NCBI GenBank assembly: GCA_022448105.1
Contig: JAKVAV010000016.1
Span: 10,558-34,557, forward strand
DNA length: 24,000 nucleotides
Origin: Flavobacteriales bacterium
GTDB lineage: Bacteria; Bacteroidota; Bacteroidia; Flavobacteriales_D; Cryomorphaceae
Direction of reading: 5' to 3'
A program made the position numbers and the translations under genes. Under the pieces are notes generated by a model that was not told where the DNA came from, searched no databases, and saw only the letters and a program-made list of their open reading frames with translations. Below are positions 1-8,459 of the stretch, piece after piece; positions within the stretch are counted from its first letter, which is position 1; each line of letters opens with the position of its first letter.

Positions 1-276
1 AATAACATCCATCTTTATGACATGATAATGTGGATGATTTTAGTTGCGTGCTGAGTCTTCTCCAGACTGATGAGGGCAATTTCTCACACCACGGAGTTTA
101 CTGAAAAAGGTCTAGAGAAGAGGGTTTTTGAGCGCCTGAATGTTTACCTGAATTGCTATAGATTCGTATTACAAAAAGATACTAAAAACTAGGGTTGCCA
201 TCTTCTATTTTTGTAATGGACTTTACTCTTGGTCTAAATAGCCATACCGAAGGAATATACTGTTTAAAAAAAAGTA

Positions 277-780
277 CTAGCCAAGCATACGTTCAAACGC
301 TTTTATGGCAGTTTGCACTCCTTCGAAATTTTCGCCTCTCGAACTAATATATACCCCTTCATGGTAATTCATGTTGAGGTATTCGGCGGTTCTCTTAAAT
401 GGAACCTCAAAACCCTCGGGGGCAAAAACATCCGCGCCTACGGAAAAAAGAAAAACGTTCTTTCCTCTCAATGCTCGCCCCTTATCTTTTTCCACACTCA
501 CAAGGTCTGTAAAGCGATCCATGAATGTCTTTAAAACTCCGCTCATCGAATACCAATATACTGGTGTAGCAAGGACGATATTATCAGCCCCCGCCATAAG
601 GTCGGCTAGCTGCAGAAATTGATCGGAATTGGGGTAATTTGACGAGTAGTCAAAGGGAGCAATTTCATGATCAAGCAGGTCAATCAATTGATGCGGAATT
701 CCGGTAAAAACATTTCTCAATAAAGTTCTGGTATGGCTGTCTTTACGTGCACTTCCGAGTATGATTATTGTGTCGCTCAT
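277..780 (-). CDS. NAD(P)H-dependent FMN reductase / flavodoxin-like fold oxidoreductase
   Basis: 167-aa ATG-initiated ORF. The N-terminal 'IIILGSARKDSHTRTL' (beta1 + S-x-R loop) and 'ADNIVLATPVYWYSMSGVLKTFMDR' resemble the FMN_red/flavodoxin-like family. Antisense ORFs 313..534 and 371..622 are judged spurious. Confidence 0.7.
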   Translation of the reverse strand: MSDTIIILGSARKDSHTRTLLRNVFTGIPHQLIDLLDHEIAPFDYSSNYPNSDQFLQLADLMAGADNIVLATPVYWYSMSGVLKTFMDRFTDLVSVEKDKGRALRGKNVFLFSVGADVFAPEGFEVPFKRTAEYLNMNYHEGVYISSRGENFEGVQTAIKAFERMLG

Positions 781-795
781 TTGTTTTGGTTGATC

Positions 796-822
796 ATTTT
801 AGTCACTTACTCTGACTAAAAT
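796..822. promoter_or_regulatory. Perfect 10-bp inverted repeat (ATTTTAGTCA-N7-TGACTAAAAT) in a divergent intergenic region; candidate operator
   Basis: Read directly: 796-805 'attttagtca' is the exact reverse complement of 813-822 'tgactaaaat', with spacer 'cttactc'. It lies between the divergent starts at 780 (-) and 935 (+), so it is not a terminator position. Confidence 0.3.
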
Positions 823-898
823 AGCGATGGTTTTGAGGCCGGCAAATCTTTATCCAATATTTTGATGAATAAAAACTTTCAAAAGTTCGCGAAACTCT

Positions 899-906
899 TA
901 CTTTTG
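899..906 (+). promoter_or_regulatory. Putative Bacteroidota -7 promoter box (TACTTTTG)
   Basis: Matches the TAnnTTTG -7 consensus of Bacteroidetes sigma-A promoters, about 29 nt upstream of the ATG at 935. No clear -33 TTTG was identified. Confidence 0.3.
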
Positions 907-934
907 ATCTGCTCATCTTTAACTTATAGACCCT

Positions 935-1957
935 ATGAAAAGAGCTTTATTGATTTTTTTGGCCATCGCTGTTCCTTTGATTTCTTTCGGTCAAAATGAT
1001 ACGTTGGTCTTCAGCAATAATGATCTCATGGTTGGAGAAATCAAGGAGATGTCCAGAGGTGTAATAACTATTGAAACAGACTACAGCGATAGTGACTTCA
1101 AGATCGAATGGCAAAAAATTAAAGAAATTCGAACCAATCAACTTTACACAGTTAACCTCACGGATAGAACACTTCTAACAGAGGCTACTATAGAAACAAT
1201 CGAGGATGGTAAGCTCAGAATTAAGGGAGAGAACCAAACAAGAGACGCGTCAATTGAAGAGGTTGTCTACATTAGACAGTTAGATACATCTTTTTGGTCT
1301 AAAATGTCAGCTTCTGTGGATCTGGGCTACAGCTTAACTAAAGCCAGCAATCTCAGGCAGTACAATGCTTCAGCCAATTTGGGTTATAAAACCGATCAAT
1401 GGACAATCAATGGTCATTATCGACAAGTGCGCTCGAGTCAAGATGAGGTTGATCCAATTCTGAGAACGGAAGGCGGCTTGGGAGGAGACTACTCTTTGAG
1501 AAATGGGGTTTTTTTCGGAGCGGCGCTAAACTTTTTGTCCAATACGGAACAACAAATTGATTTGAGGACTACCGGGTCGATAGGAGCTGGGTATTACATA
1601 GTAAGAAACAACGATATGTACTGGAACGGCTTTTTGGGTGTTGCTATCAATAATGAGAATTTCTTTGAGATTGATGACGCTGGATCATCAGATAGAGAGA
1701 GTTTCGAAGGGGTGGTAGGTACAGAATTAAATATGTACGACGTTGGTGATTTGAATCTTTTTACCAACATCTTGTGGTACCCAAGCTTTACCGAGGATGG
1801 CCGTAATCGTGTAGATTATCGATTCGATGTTTCTTATGACTTGCCGCTAGATTTTTACATAAAGACAGGAATTACGCTCAATTATGATAGCGATCCCGCT
1901 CCAGGCGCATCCGATACTGATTATGTCATTATCACTGGTTTTGGTTGGGAGCTTTGA
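935..1957 (+). CDS. DUF481-like (YdiY-type) outer-membrane beta-barrel protein
   Basis: 340 aa with signal peptide 'MKRALLIFLAIAVPLISFGQ'. An N-terminal soluble segment is followed by alternating amphipathic, aromatic-rich strands ('LGYSLTKASN', 'ANLGYKTDQW', 'GSIGAGYYIV') and a C-terminal aromatic strand '...ITGFGWEL'. Confidence 0.65.
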   Translation: MKRALLIFLAIAVPLISFGQNDTLVFSNNDLMVGEIKEMSRGVITIETDYSDSDFKIEWQKIKEIRTNQLYTVNLTDRTLLTEATIETIEDGKLRIKGENQTRDASIEEVVYIRQLDTSFWSKMSASVDLGYSLTKASNLRQYNASANLGYKTDQWTINGHYRQVRSSQDEVDPILRTEGGLGGDYSLRNGVFFGAALNFLSNTEQQIDLRTTGSIGAGYYIVRNNDMYWNGFLGVAINNENFFEIDDAGSSDRESFEGVVGTELNMYDVGDLNLFTNILWYPSFTEDGRNRVDYRFDVSYDLPLDFYIKTGITLNYDSDPAPGASDTDYVIITGFGWEL

Positions 1958-1969
1958 TAGGTTAAAGCG

Positions 1970-4354
1970 CTAAAAACTTAGTACAAAACTCACGGCATAA
2001 GCTAGGTTATCCTTAAACGCCGGTAATTCGTAATGGCCATGTCTGTAAAAAACCCCGATTCCCAAACCAGAGTAATAGAAACTGTTTCCATTAAGTCTAA
2101 GTAAATTATCCAAAATAACACCACCTTCAAGATAGGCTCTATCCATACTTGAGTTAGGGAGGTCTGATATGGTTCGGTAAGGAATATTAATGTTGCCGAT
2201 GGCTGCCTGATACATCAGGCGAATTTCAGGACGCGAAAACTTTGCTTCGAGACCAAAAGGATTTCCGAAGTTTTGCGAAACTCCAACCTGTAGGTAGCGA
2301 TCATTGATAAAGGAGTAAATAGGCATGGAGTGAAAGTATCCGAAGCCTATAATTCCCAGATCTCTTTCTCCTTGAATACCTTTTCCGAGAAAGAGATTTG
2401 ACTGATTGATTTCATCAGCCCATATTTTACCTCCTACGGCGTACATCTGAAATGGGCCCAATTTTGGGATCTTGATTTCGTGCATCATTCTCACTTCTGC
2501 TTTGGTGAATTCCTGCTCGCCGTCTAGAATTCCATTGAAGGCCTGACTGAGCTCAACTGAAAAACGTGGATAAGAAATGCCTTGCGGAATAAGTGCCCTG
2601 CCAACTGCAGTCAATTTTTCACCAGGATTGCACTCAATGAGAATTCCTGCCTCCGTTGTGGTCAGATCGTATCCAGTAAAACTTACATCATCTCTGCTGG
2701 TGCTTTCGAAAGTTCGATGCTCGTTTTTGTATCTTAGGGTAGTTTTTACATTTCTCATAGGTCGGTACGTCAACTCAACGATATAGGCCTCGTAAGGATT
2801 CATGAACCTCGTGAAGAGATCTCTTTCAATTTCTCCGAGCTGCATAAATCCCCCCATATCATCTGTGACCGATCGACCTGGCTCATCAACATCGTTTTCA
2901 TAACCTAAATACAGTTGCAGGCTCCTTCTTGGTTGAATATTGAAACGGAGACCTCCACCGTACTTTATTTCACGGTCCCTGAAGCCGTAGGCGAAATAGC
3001 CTTCAGCACTAACCCACTTCACGAGCTTCTCACTTGTTGCTAAACCGATCCCAAGTCGGAATCCTTCGTATTGATTGAATCCAAACAGACGCGGGAGAAG
3101 GATATCCATTTTACCAAGTGTGAGTCTGCCTCTGGCGAGCGAGGCGGATTGAGCCATAGTCCAATCCATTGCATTCAGAATTCTAGTATCAAGAGTGTCC
3201 CAAACCTTGTAGGAATTCTCTTCCATCTCATTGAGGTCGGTAAGCCTTAGATGTTTCCATTCGTCCTTACTTCTTTGATTCGCTTCTTCAGGCACCTCAA
3301 TATTGGCGATGTTGAATTTGCCGGGGTCGAAGTCAAACTCTACTGAATCGATATAGGTATTACTGATAATCAACAGTGGAACCTCGGGGTCTTCTATTTC
3401 ATAAATCGAGCTGGATTGCTCTGGAAACCAATTGCCAAAAGACTTACCATATTGTTGACGGATTTCAAATCTCGCGAGATTGTGCTTTCCCGTATTTTTT
3501 GCTTGGATATGGACAATAGCCCACTCATCTGCATCCAGCGTTAGGAGTCCTTCAAGAAGGTTTCCATTAGCGTTTTTACTCGGTTGAAAGGAGATGATGT
3601 AAGATTTACCCTCTGCTGTTTCTATGCTGTCTTCCAGTTGAAAAATATAGCGACCATCACTGCCGGGACTGATAGGGTTTAAGAAATCAAAGTCTATAAA
3701 TGTTAAATATGGACTGTAGCAAGAGAAGGGCTGAAAGGAATTGGATTGAAGCGCGAAAAGAGGATTTGAAAAGCCCGTGATCTGGTTTCCAATCACCTCT
3801 TCTTTCAGCTTGTTGGGTTGCTCAAAAGTGACCCTAGTCGCACTTTCCATCATCATGAAGTGAGCCTTCGCAAAATTGGTGCTGTCAAGTTCAGCTTGAA
3901 TTGAATCCGTTCGAGGTACGTCAAGAACAGCTTTATTGTAAGAGCTGTAACGAAATTTATTCAGTTTTTCGGGGTCATTAAATTTTCTTCTCTTCACTGC
4001 TCTCCTAATCATTGCATATGCAGGATCTTCTTCCGCAACTATGGTTACTTCACTGAGGCTGGTGGAGGAGCGCGACATTCTAAAATTGGGATGGTGCTGT
4101 AGGTCTTCAATAGTCACCTTGTATTTTTCGTAGCCGATCAGGGAGAATTTTACGCTATCGGCTTCAGAATTCTCTGGAACCTTCAACACGTAATTTCCCT
4201 CGATGTCGCTTACCGCTTGTGCTTTTTTTGAGATGATATGTACAAAGGGTAGGCTCTCATTCGATTTTCTGTCAGTTAGTTTCCCTCGAATGATTTTTTG
4301 ACTGAAGGAGGAAAATGAGATTAGAAATGACAGAATGGTGAGCGTCTTTGACAT
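1970..4354 (-). CDS. CarboxypepD_reg domain + DUF5686-like outer-membrane-associated protein
   Basis: The ORF track opens at 4510, but its first 52 codons overlap the upstream thioesterase gene. The ATG at 4354 gives a signal peptide 'MSKTLTILSFLISFSSFSQ'. 'IIRGKLTDRKSNESLPFVHIISKK...SDIEGNYVLKVP' is a carboxypeptidase-regulatory-like beta-sandwich, followed by a long beta-rich C-terminal region ending '...AYAVSFVLSF'. Confidence 0.75.
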   Translation of the reverse strand: MSKTLTILSFLISFSSFSQKIIRGKLTDRKSNESLPFVHIISKKAQAVSDIEGNYVLKVPENSEADSVKFSLIGYEKYKVTIEDLQHHPNFRMSRSSTSLSEVTIVAEEDPAYAMIRRAVKRRKFNDPEKLNKFRYSSYNKAVLDVPRTDSIQAELDSTNFAKAHFMMMESATRVTFEQPNKLKEEVIGNQITGFSNPLFALQSNSFQPFSCYSPYLTFIDFDFLNPISPGSDGRYIFQLEDSIETAEGKSYIISFQPSKNANGNLLEGLLTLDADEWAIVHIQAKNTGKHNLARFEIRQQYGKSFGNWFPEQSSSIYEIEDPEVPLLIISNTYIDSVEFDFDPGKFNIANIEVPEEANQRSKDEWKHLRLTDLNEMEENSYKVWDTLDTRILNAMDWTMAQSASLARGRLTLGKMDILLPRLFGFNQYEGFRLGIGLATSEKLVKWVSAEGYFAYGFRDREIKYGGGLRFNIQPRRSLQLYLGYENDVDEPGRSVTDDMGGFMQLGEIERDLFTRFMNPYEAYIVELTYRPMRNVKTTLRYKNEHRTFESTSRDDVSFTGYDLTTTEAGILIECNPGEKLTAVGRALIPQGISYPRFSVELSQAFNGILDGEQEFTKAEVRMMHEIKIPKLGPFQMYAVGGKIWADEINQSNLFLGKGIQGERDLGIIGFGYFHSMPIYSFINDRYLQVGVSQNFGNPFGLEAKFSRPEIRLMYQAAIGNINIPYRTISDLPNSSMDRAYLEGGVILDNLLRLNGNSFYYSGLGIGVFYRHGHYELPAFKDNLAYAVSFVLSF

Positions 4355-4367
4355 CGATTTAATTTGA

Positions 4368-4799
4368 CTAAAGCGAGATTTTGCTTTTGGTGAATCTACC
4401 TTTGCCAATGGCGATTTTTCGACCCCTTTCATCAAGAAGATGACTCTCGGCCACCCACAAGTTTCTCGACTCAAAGGTGACCCAACTTTCAGCCTTGAGC
4501 AAGCCTTCATTCACGGGTCTAAGTAGGTCTATTGAAAAAGACGTAGTCAAAACGAAAACATCTTGAACGAGAGAATTTACCGCAAAGAATGCCGCATCAT
4601 CGAGCATCTTGAAGTAAACGGAGCCGTGTAAAGCTTCCATTTTGTGAAAGAAATCTGACGATACCGGGTAAGAGAGTTGAGCTTTGCCTTCCTCAACCTC
4701 AAGGGTCATATCCTTATAAGGAATTCTATTGATTTTGGCCGAGTGATATGCCTCTTCTAGTTTCTGGAAATGATTTTGATTCACGATATTCGATGTCAA
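4368..4799 (-). CDS. PaaI/4HBT-type hotdog-fold thioesterase
   Basis: 143 aa. 'LHGSVYFKMLDDAAFFAVNS' and 'LLRPVNEGLLKAESWVTFESRNLWVAESHLLDERGRKIAIGKGRF' fit the hotdog thioesterase pattern (central helix, then a long antiparallel sheet). Its stop lies 13 nt upstream of the next gene start, so an operon is likely. Confidence 0.7.
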   Translation of the reverse strand: MTSNIVNQNHFQKLEEAYHSAKINRIPYKDMTLEVEEGKAQLSYPVSSDFFHKMEALHGSVYFKMLDDAAFFAVNSLVQDVFVLTTSFSIDLLRPVNEGLLKAESWVTFESRNLWVAESHLLDERGRKIAIGKGRFTKSKISL

Positions 4800-4835
4800 T
4801 TGAGTGGGTGAATTTGTTGCTAAACTATCGAAAAA

Positions 4836-5770
4836 ATGAAACAGCTTTTTACACTATTGTTTAATTCTACAACACTTGTCGGCTTCGCTCAAGATGAAGT
4901 TAATTGGTTTCAGGAAGGTCAGGAATGCTATTACAACATTTGCTGCTTTCAAGAATTCTCTTGTGGAGCCACTCATTAGCAAGTCAATGCTTCTGAAGAA
5001 ATAGACGACGAGGAGGCAGTCGTTTTAGGCTGGATGACTTACAGCAATGAGCTTAATCAAGAGACGACCTTCGCAACGGAATTTTTACGTTTTGATAATG
5101 ATACTGTTTGGAGGTATTCTTCCGATGCGGAAGAATGGCATTTTCTCTGGGACATCGGTGCAGAGGTTGTTAATGTTTGGACCATTCAAGATGAAACCTA
5201 TTTTGGTTATTCTTTATCTGGTGATGAGCAAATCGTTGATCTCTTCAAAGTAGGGTAGATTCTGTAGCTCTCTGGGAAGATGTGCCAAATTCCGCTATGA
5301 CAAATAAGAGGGTCGTGTATACAAGTCCAATCATTGGTCAAGAAGAAGAGTCGTTGTTTGCGTTTGGTCCGATTCTCGAAGAGGTTGGGCCCATTGGTGG
5401 GACTCATGATTTAATTGGCAATTCTGCATTTCAACTTCTGCCACTGCAAGGGCCGTCCTTCAAGTGTTTTATTGATAATGGGGATCTAGCTTTCGGTGAA
5501 GCAGGAAGCCCATGTTTTACTTTGAGTACCAAAGAGTTTCAAGAAGCAGAAACACCGCTGATTTATCCGAATCCGGCAATTAATGAATTAAGATGGAACG
5601 AGTCCATTGAGGCGATCAGAATTTTTGATGCCACCGGAAAATTAGTTTTAGTTGAGAAAAACCTTGTGGGTAAATCCTTTCTTGCTACCTCTACTTTGGA
5701 AATAGGGTTTTATGCTGTTGTCTTTGAGAAGTACGCCTCTTATTTCAGTCAAAAACTAATAGTAGAATAG
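4836..5770 (+). pseudogene. Disrupted T9SS-secreted protein (signal peptide ... type-A C-terminal sorting domain) with one in-frame TAG and one frameshift
   Basis: The ATG at 4836 gives signal peptide 'MKQLFTLLFNSTTLVGFAQ'. An in-frame TAG at 4977-4979 separates it from ORF 5034..5258, which is in the same frame. That frame ends at the TAG at 5256-5258, while the frame of ORF 5282..5770 is already open from 5240. The C-terminus 'LIYPNPAINELRW...IRIFDATGKLV...GFYAVVFEK...QKLIVE' is a typical Por/T9SS CTD. Confidence 0.6.
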
Positions 5771-5787
5771 TCGGGCTACACCTCCCA

Positions 5788-5811
5788 TGATACTATCATT
5801 TGATAGTATCA
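5788..5811. terminator. 11-bp perfect palindrome (TGATACTATCA-TT-TGATAGTATCA) between convergent genes; possible bidirectional terminator hairpin
   Basis: Read directly: 5788-5798 is the reverse complement of 5801-5811. It sits between the + strand stop at 5770 and the - strand stop at 5851. There is no flanking U-tract, so terminator function is uncertain. Confidence 0.35.
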
Positions 5812-5850
5812 AAGATAGTTGAACTTAGAAAAAAGAAGTGATCAGAGTCT

Positions 5851-6576
5851 CTAATCTTCTAGGATGATGGGATCAACATGTACGGTCAGAAACTCTCTAA
5901 ATACGGCTTTTTCACCATCCCTGAGTCCAGATTTCCAGGAGCGAAGTTCAAGGAATGCTTTCTCGATGGCGGCAGCAGCTGCCAACTCTTCTGATTCTGC
6001 TTCGACAGATCTCAAGTTTCCATCTCTAGTCACCCAAAACTTCACATCAACCCGAATTCCATCATCGGTGAGTTTCACAATTTTATTGATCTCTTCTAGG
6101 AACGCCATTTGACCTTTACGCGGTTCTGGTCTTACTTCAAAAGGATAAGACTTCATTCTTTTCCCATACTCATCGTAGTTCCAACCCGATATCAAAGTGT
6201 CGTTTCTGTAAAAGTCCTGACGCTTCATCTGACCGTTGTCATGGAACGAAATGATGCTTCCGTGGCGCATTCCTTCTTTGTATTCCGCACTGTACCAAAT
6301 TTTTCCTCCTTCGCGATACTCCGAGCACTTTCCGTGTTTGATATTTTTCTCATAATCAGAGTAGGTGCAAACACCCTTCAGGTTTCTGTCAAGGAAGTAG
6401 CTCGTTTCAACTAACACATCTGCAGTGTCTGACTTTTCATAAACTGAATAGGTTTCTGCATCGAACCAAGTGAATACCGGAAACCCTTCCGGAGCATAGA
6501 AAATCGTGTCTTGTGCAGAACCAATTTGCGATACGCCAATGAAGATGAGAGAAGCGAGTAGTTTAGAAAATCTCAT
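5851..6576 (-). CDS. Secreted protein with MORN-variant (YwqK-like) repeats and a TonB-C-like C-terminal domain
   Basis: 241 aa with signal peptide 'MRFSKLLASLIFIGVSQIGSAQ'. 'HGKCSEYREGGKIWYSAEYKEGMRHGSIISFHDNGQMKRQDFYRNDTL' resembles MORN-variant repeats. 'PEPRKGQMAFLEEINKIV...VDVKFWVTRDGNLRSVE...WKSGLRDGEKAVFREFLTVHV' resembles the TonB C-terminal fold pattern. Confidence 0.55.
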   Translation of the reverse strand: MRFSKLLASLIFIGVSQIGSAQDTIFYAPEGFPVFTWFDAETYSVYEKSDTADVLVETSYFLDRNLKGVCTYSDYEKNIKHGKCSEYREGGKIWYSAEYKEGMRHGSIISFHDNGQMKRQDFYRNDTLISGWNYDEYGKRMKSYPFEVRPEPRKGQMAFLEEINKIVKLTDDGIRVDVKFWVTRDGNLRSVEAESEELAAAAAIEKAFLELRSWKSGLRDGEKAVFREFLTVHVDPIILED

Positions 6577-6596
6577 GAAGCTAGGTTAAGCATTGC

Positions 6597-6604
6597 CAAA
6601 TATA
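6597..6604 (-). promoter_or_regulatory. Putative -7 promoter box (TATATTTG on the minus strand)
   Basis: The reverse complement of 6597-6604 is TATATTTG, matching TAnnTTTG, about 20 nt upstream of the ATG at 6576. It is embedded in a small inverted repeat, TTGCCA-N7-TGGCAA (6593-6611). Confidence 0.3.
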
Positions 6605-6678
6605 ATGGCAATATCCGTTCCAAGACATTTAGATGAGCCTATGAAGTAAGTTATCGAGATTTTAAAACGGACTCCAAC

Positions 6679-7647
6679 TTAGCAGCAGCCGCCTCCGTTG
6701 TAATGAAACGTCGACTCCGAAATAAAAATGTCTTCTCTTCCTAAAGATCCCAATGCGCCAGCAGTCTTATCGCAGACACTAAGCGGTTGGTTGTTCATCA
6801 AAACATGCCCCTTCTTATCGTCGAAATATTCTTCGTTTCCGAAGTAAATCGCTGATTTTCCTGTGAAAACACAAGGCCCATCTTCTGGCATCGGATCTTT
6901 GATTGCGCAGACTTCAACACTTTCTATGAAGATTGTTTCGTCCGTTTCGTAATGAGCACTGTCGAGAATTCGGTAAGGATACTTCGCTCGGATTTCGATA
7001 GTTCCGAAACCCACATCAGTGAGCATCTTTACATATTCTTTCAACGGAATTGATCCAGATAGACAAAGTGCCCTAAGTCGCTCATCATTTCTCAAAGTCT
7101 CATTCATGGGTTGCTCGCAAACCGGGTCGCTCATGACCAGCCTTCCATGCGGTTTAAGAACCCGATACATTTCCTCGAGAGCTTTTCGGAGCTCATTAGT
7201 TTTGAAGATGTTGAAAAGGCAATTTTGAGCTGCGACGTCAATCGATTCGTCTTCTACTGGGAGGTTCAGTGCATCTCCTTTTCTTAAGTTTACAAATTCA
7301 GACTTAAACCAAGGGTTCGTTTCTTCGGCTTCAATGAAGTTCTTCCTCGAGGACTCGAGCATTTCGTCTACCACATCGATACCTACGACATTTCCTTCTT
7401 CACGGGAGAAATAGGCGAATTGCAGTAGCTCCATTCCTCCACCAACTCCCACGTAGAGAATTTTTGGGTTGTTAATGAGATCGGCCGGATGCACGGTGCT
7501 TCCGCATCCATAGTTCATTTCCTTCATGATGGAAGGAATCTCCAATCCAGGAAATTGCCAAACGGGATTAGTTGTGCAGCAAAGACCTACGTCTGGAGTG
7601 AGCGCTGCTTTGCGATAAACGTCTTTAGTGGTTTCTAGGTAACTCAT
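6679..7647 (-). CDS. arsM: ArsM-like arsenite S-adenosylmethionine methyltransferase (arsenosugar-cluster type)
   Basis: The ORF track opens at 7785, but the ATG at 7647 ('MSYLETTKDVYRKAAL') overlaps the upstream stop as ATGA. SAM motif I is 'ILYVGVGGGMELL'. Cysteines sit at ArsM-like positions: 'GLCCTT', 'NYGCGS', 'AQNCLFN', 'LRALCLSG'. The C-terminus ends 'NGGGCC'. Context is next to ArsS. Confidence 0.8.
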   Translation of the reverse strand: MSYLETTKDVYRKAALTPDVGLCCTTNPVWQFPGLEIPSIMKEMNYGCGSTVHPADLINNPKILYVGVGGGMELLQFAYFSREEGNVVGIDVVDEMLESSRKNFIEAEETNPWFKSEFVNLRKGDALNLPVEDESIDVAAQNCLFNIFKTNELRKALEEMYRVLKPHGRLVMSDPVCEQPMNETLRNDERLRALCLSGSIPLKEYVKMLTDVGFGTIEIRAKYPYRILDSAHYETDETIFIESVEVCAIKDPMPEDGPCVFTGKSAIYFGNEEYFDDKKGHVLMNNQPLSVCDKTAGALGSLGREDIFISESTFHYNGGGCC

Positions 7648-8459
7648 ATAGATTTTATGTACGATTGGATGAGTGGAACAAGCTTTGCTTCTGCCTGCCC
7701 AGCTGTTGCAATGATGTCTTGGATGTCTACTGGTTTTAAATTGTCTGGGTCGCACTCGTCGGTCAGTACTGAAATTGCGGCACAAGGCAACCCGATTTGG
7801 TTCGCGACAATCACCTCAGGAACGGTGCTCATACCGACCGCGTCAGCTCCAATCATTCCTAGGAATCTGTATTCGGCTCTGGTTTCCAAATGTGGACCAT
7901 GAACGCACGCATAAACTCCCTCGTGTAAATCAATGCCTTGCTCGGCAGCGAGAGATTTGAACTTTGAATTCATTTCAGACTTGTATGGAGCAGCGAGGTC
8001 TACGAATCGTTCTCCAAAGTCAGGGTCATTGAGACCAGATAAAGGTGAGCCTCCTTGCAGATGAATGTGATCATCAAGGAGCATCAAGTTTCCTTTTTTG
8101 AATGACTTATTTATGGCTCCAGCGGCATTGGAAATGATGAGTTGCTTAGCACCAAGCTCTTTGAAAACCCTTACTGGAAAGGTAAGTTGTGCTTGGCTGT
8201 ATCCCTCGTAGGCATGGAAACGGCCTTGCATAGCGATCACCTTTTTGCCTTCCATTTCGCCGTAAATCAACCTCCCTGAATGAAACTCGACAGTAGCTAC
8301 TGGAAAATTGGGAATGGTGTAATACCCCAGCGATTTTTCGACCGAGATATGTTCAACCATTTGTCCTAGCCCTGTTCCCAAAATGATGGCAACTTCAGGT
8401 TGATCGAATCCTTTACTCTTGAGGAATTCTGTGGTTTCTTTTATGTCTTCGAATGTCAT
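7644..8459 (-). CDS. Purine-nucleoside phosphorylase family protein (trimeric PNP/MTAP family)
   Basis: 271 aa. 'AIILGTGLG', 'FHSGRLIYGEMEGKKVIAMQGRFHAYEGY', 'LIISNAAGAIN' and 'GPHLETRAEYRFLGMIGADAVGMSTVPEVIVA' are classic trimeric PNP/MTAP motifs. The stop TGA overlaps the arsM ATG (ATGA at 7644-7647). Confidence 0.85.
   Translation of the reverse strand: MTFEDIKETTEFLKSKGFDQPEVAIILGTGLGQMVEHISVEKSLGYYTIPNFPVATVEFHSGRLIYGEMEGKKVIAMQGRFHAYEGYSQAQLTFPVRVFKELGAKQLIISNAAGAINKSFKKGNLMLLDDHIHLQGGSPLSGLNDPDFGERFVDLAAPYKSEMNSKFKSLAAEQGIDLHEGVYACVHGPHLETRAEYRFLGMIGADAVGMSTVPEVIVANQIGLPCAAISVLTDECDPDNLKPVDIQDIIATAGQAEAKLVPLIQSYIKSI

Noticed and set aside
55-125. A 'CTGATGAG' string preceded by a small AGTCT/AGACT hairpin and followed later by 'GAAA...GGTC' superficially resembles a hammerhead ribozyme core.
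   Set aside because: I could not build a stem II between CUGAUGAG and GAAA (GGGCAAT versus GTTTACT are not complementary) or a convincing stem I/III. This is most likely chance.
70-192. A 40-aa ORF, 'MRAISHTTEFTEKGLEKRVFERLNVYLNCYRFVLQKDTKN', in the otherwise featureless 1-276 region. A possible 3' end of a + strand gene also finishes at position 54.
   Set aside because: I recognise no motif, there is no promoter or partner context, and it is too short to support. The 17-codon open frame at 1-54 cannot be assigned without upstream sequence.
4355-4510. N-terminal 52-codon extension of the 846-aa ORF (start at 4510).
   Set aside because: It overlaps the 3' end of the thioesterase gene in another frame and has an arbitrary composition. 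The internal ATG at 4354 gives a canonical signal peptide.
7648-7785. N-terminal 46-codon extension of the ArsM-like ORF (start at 7785).
   Set aside because: It lies entirely inside the PNP gene and is Arg/His/Cys-rich junk sequence. The ATG at 7647 gives the ATGA coupling and a sensible N-terminus.
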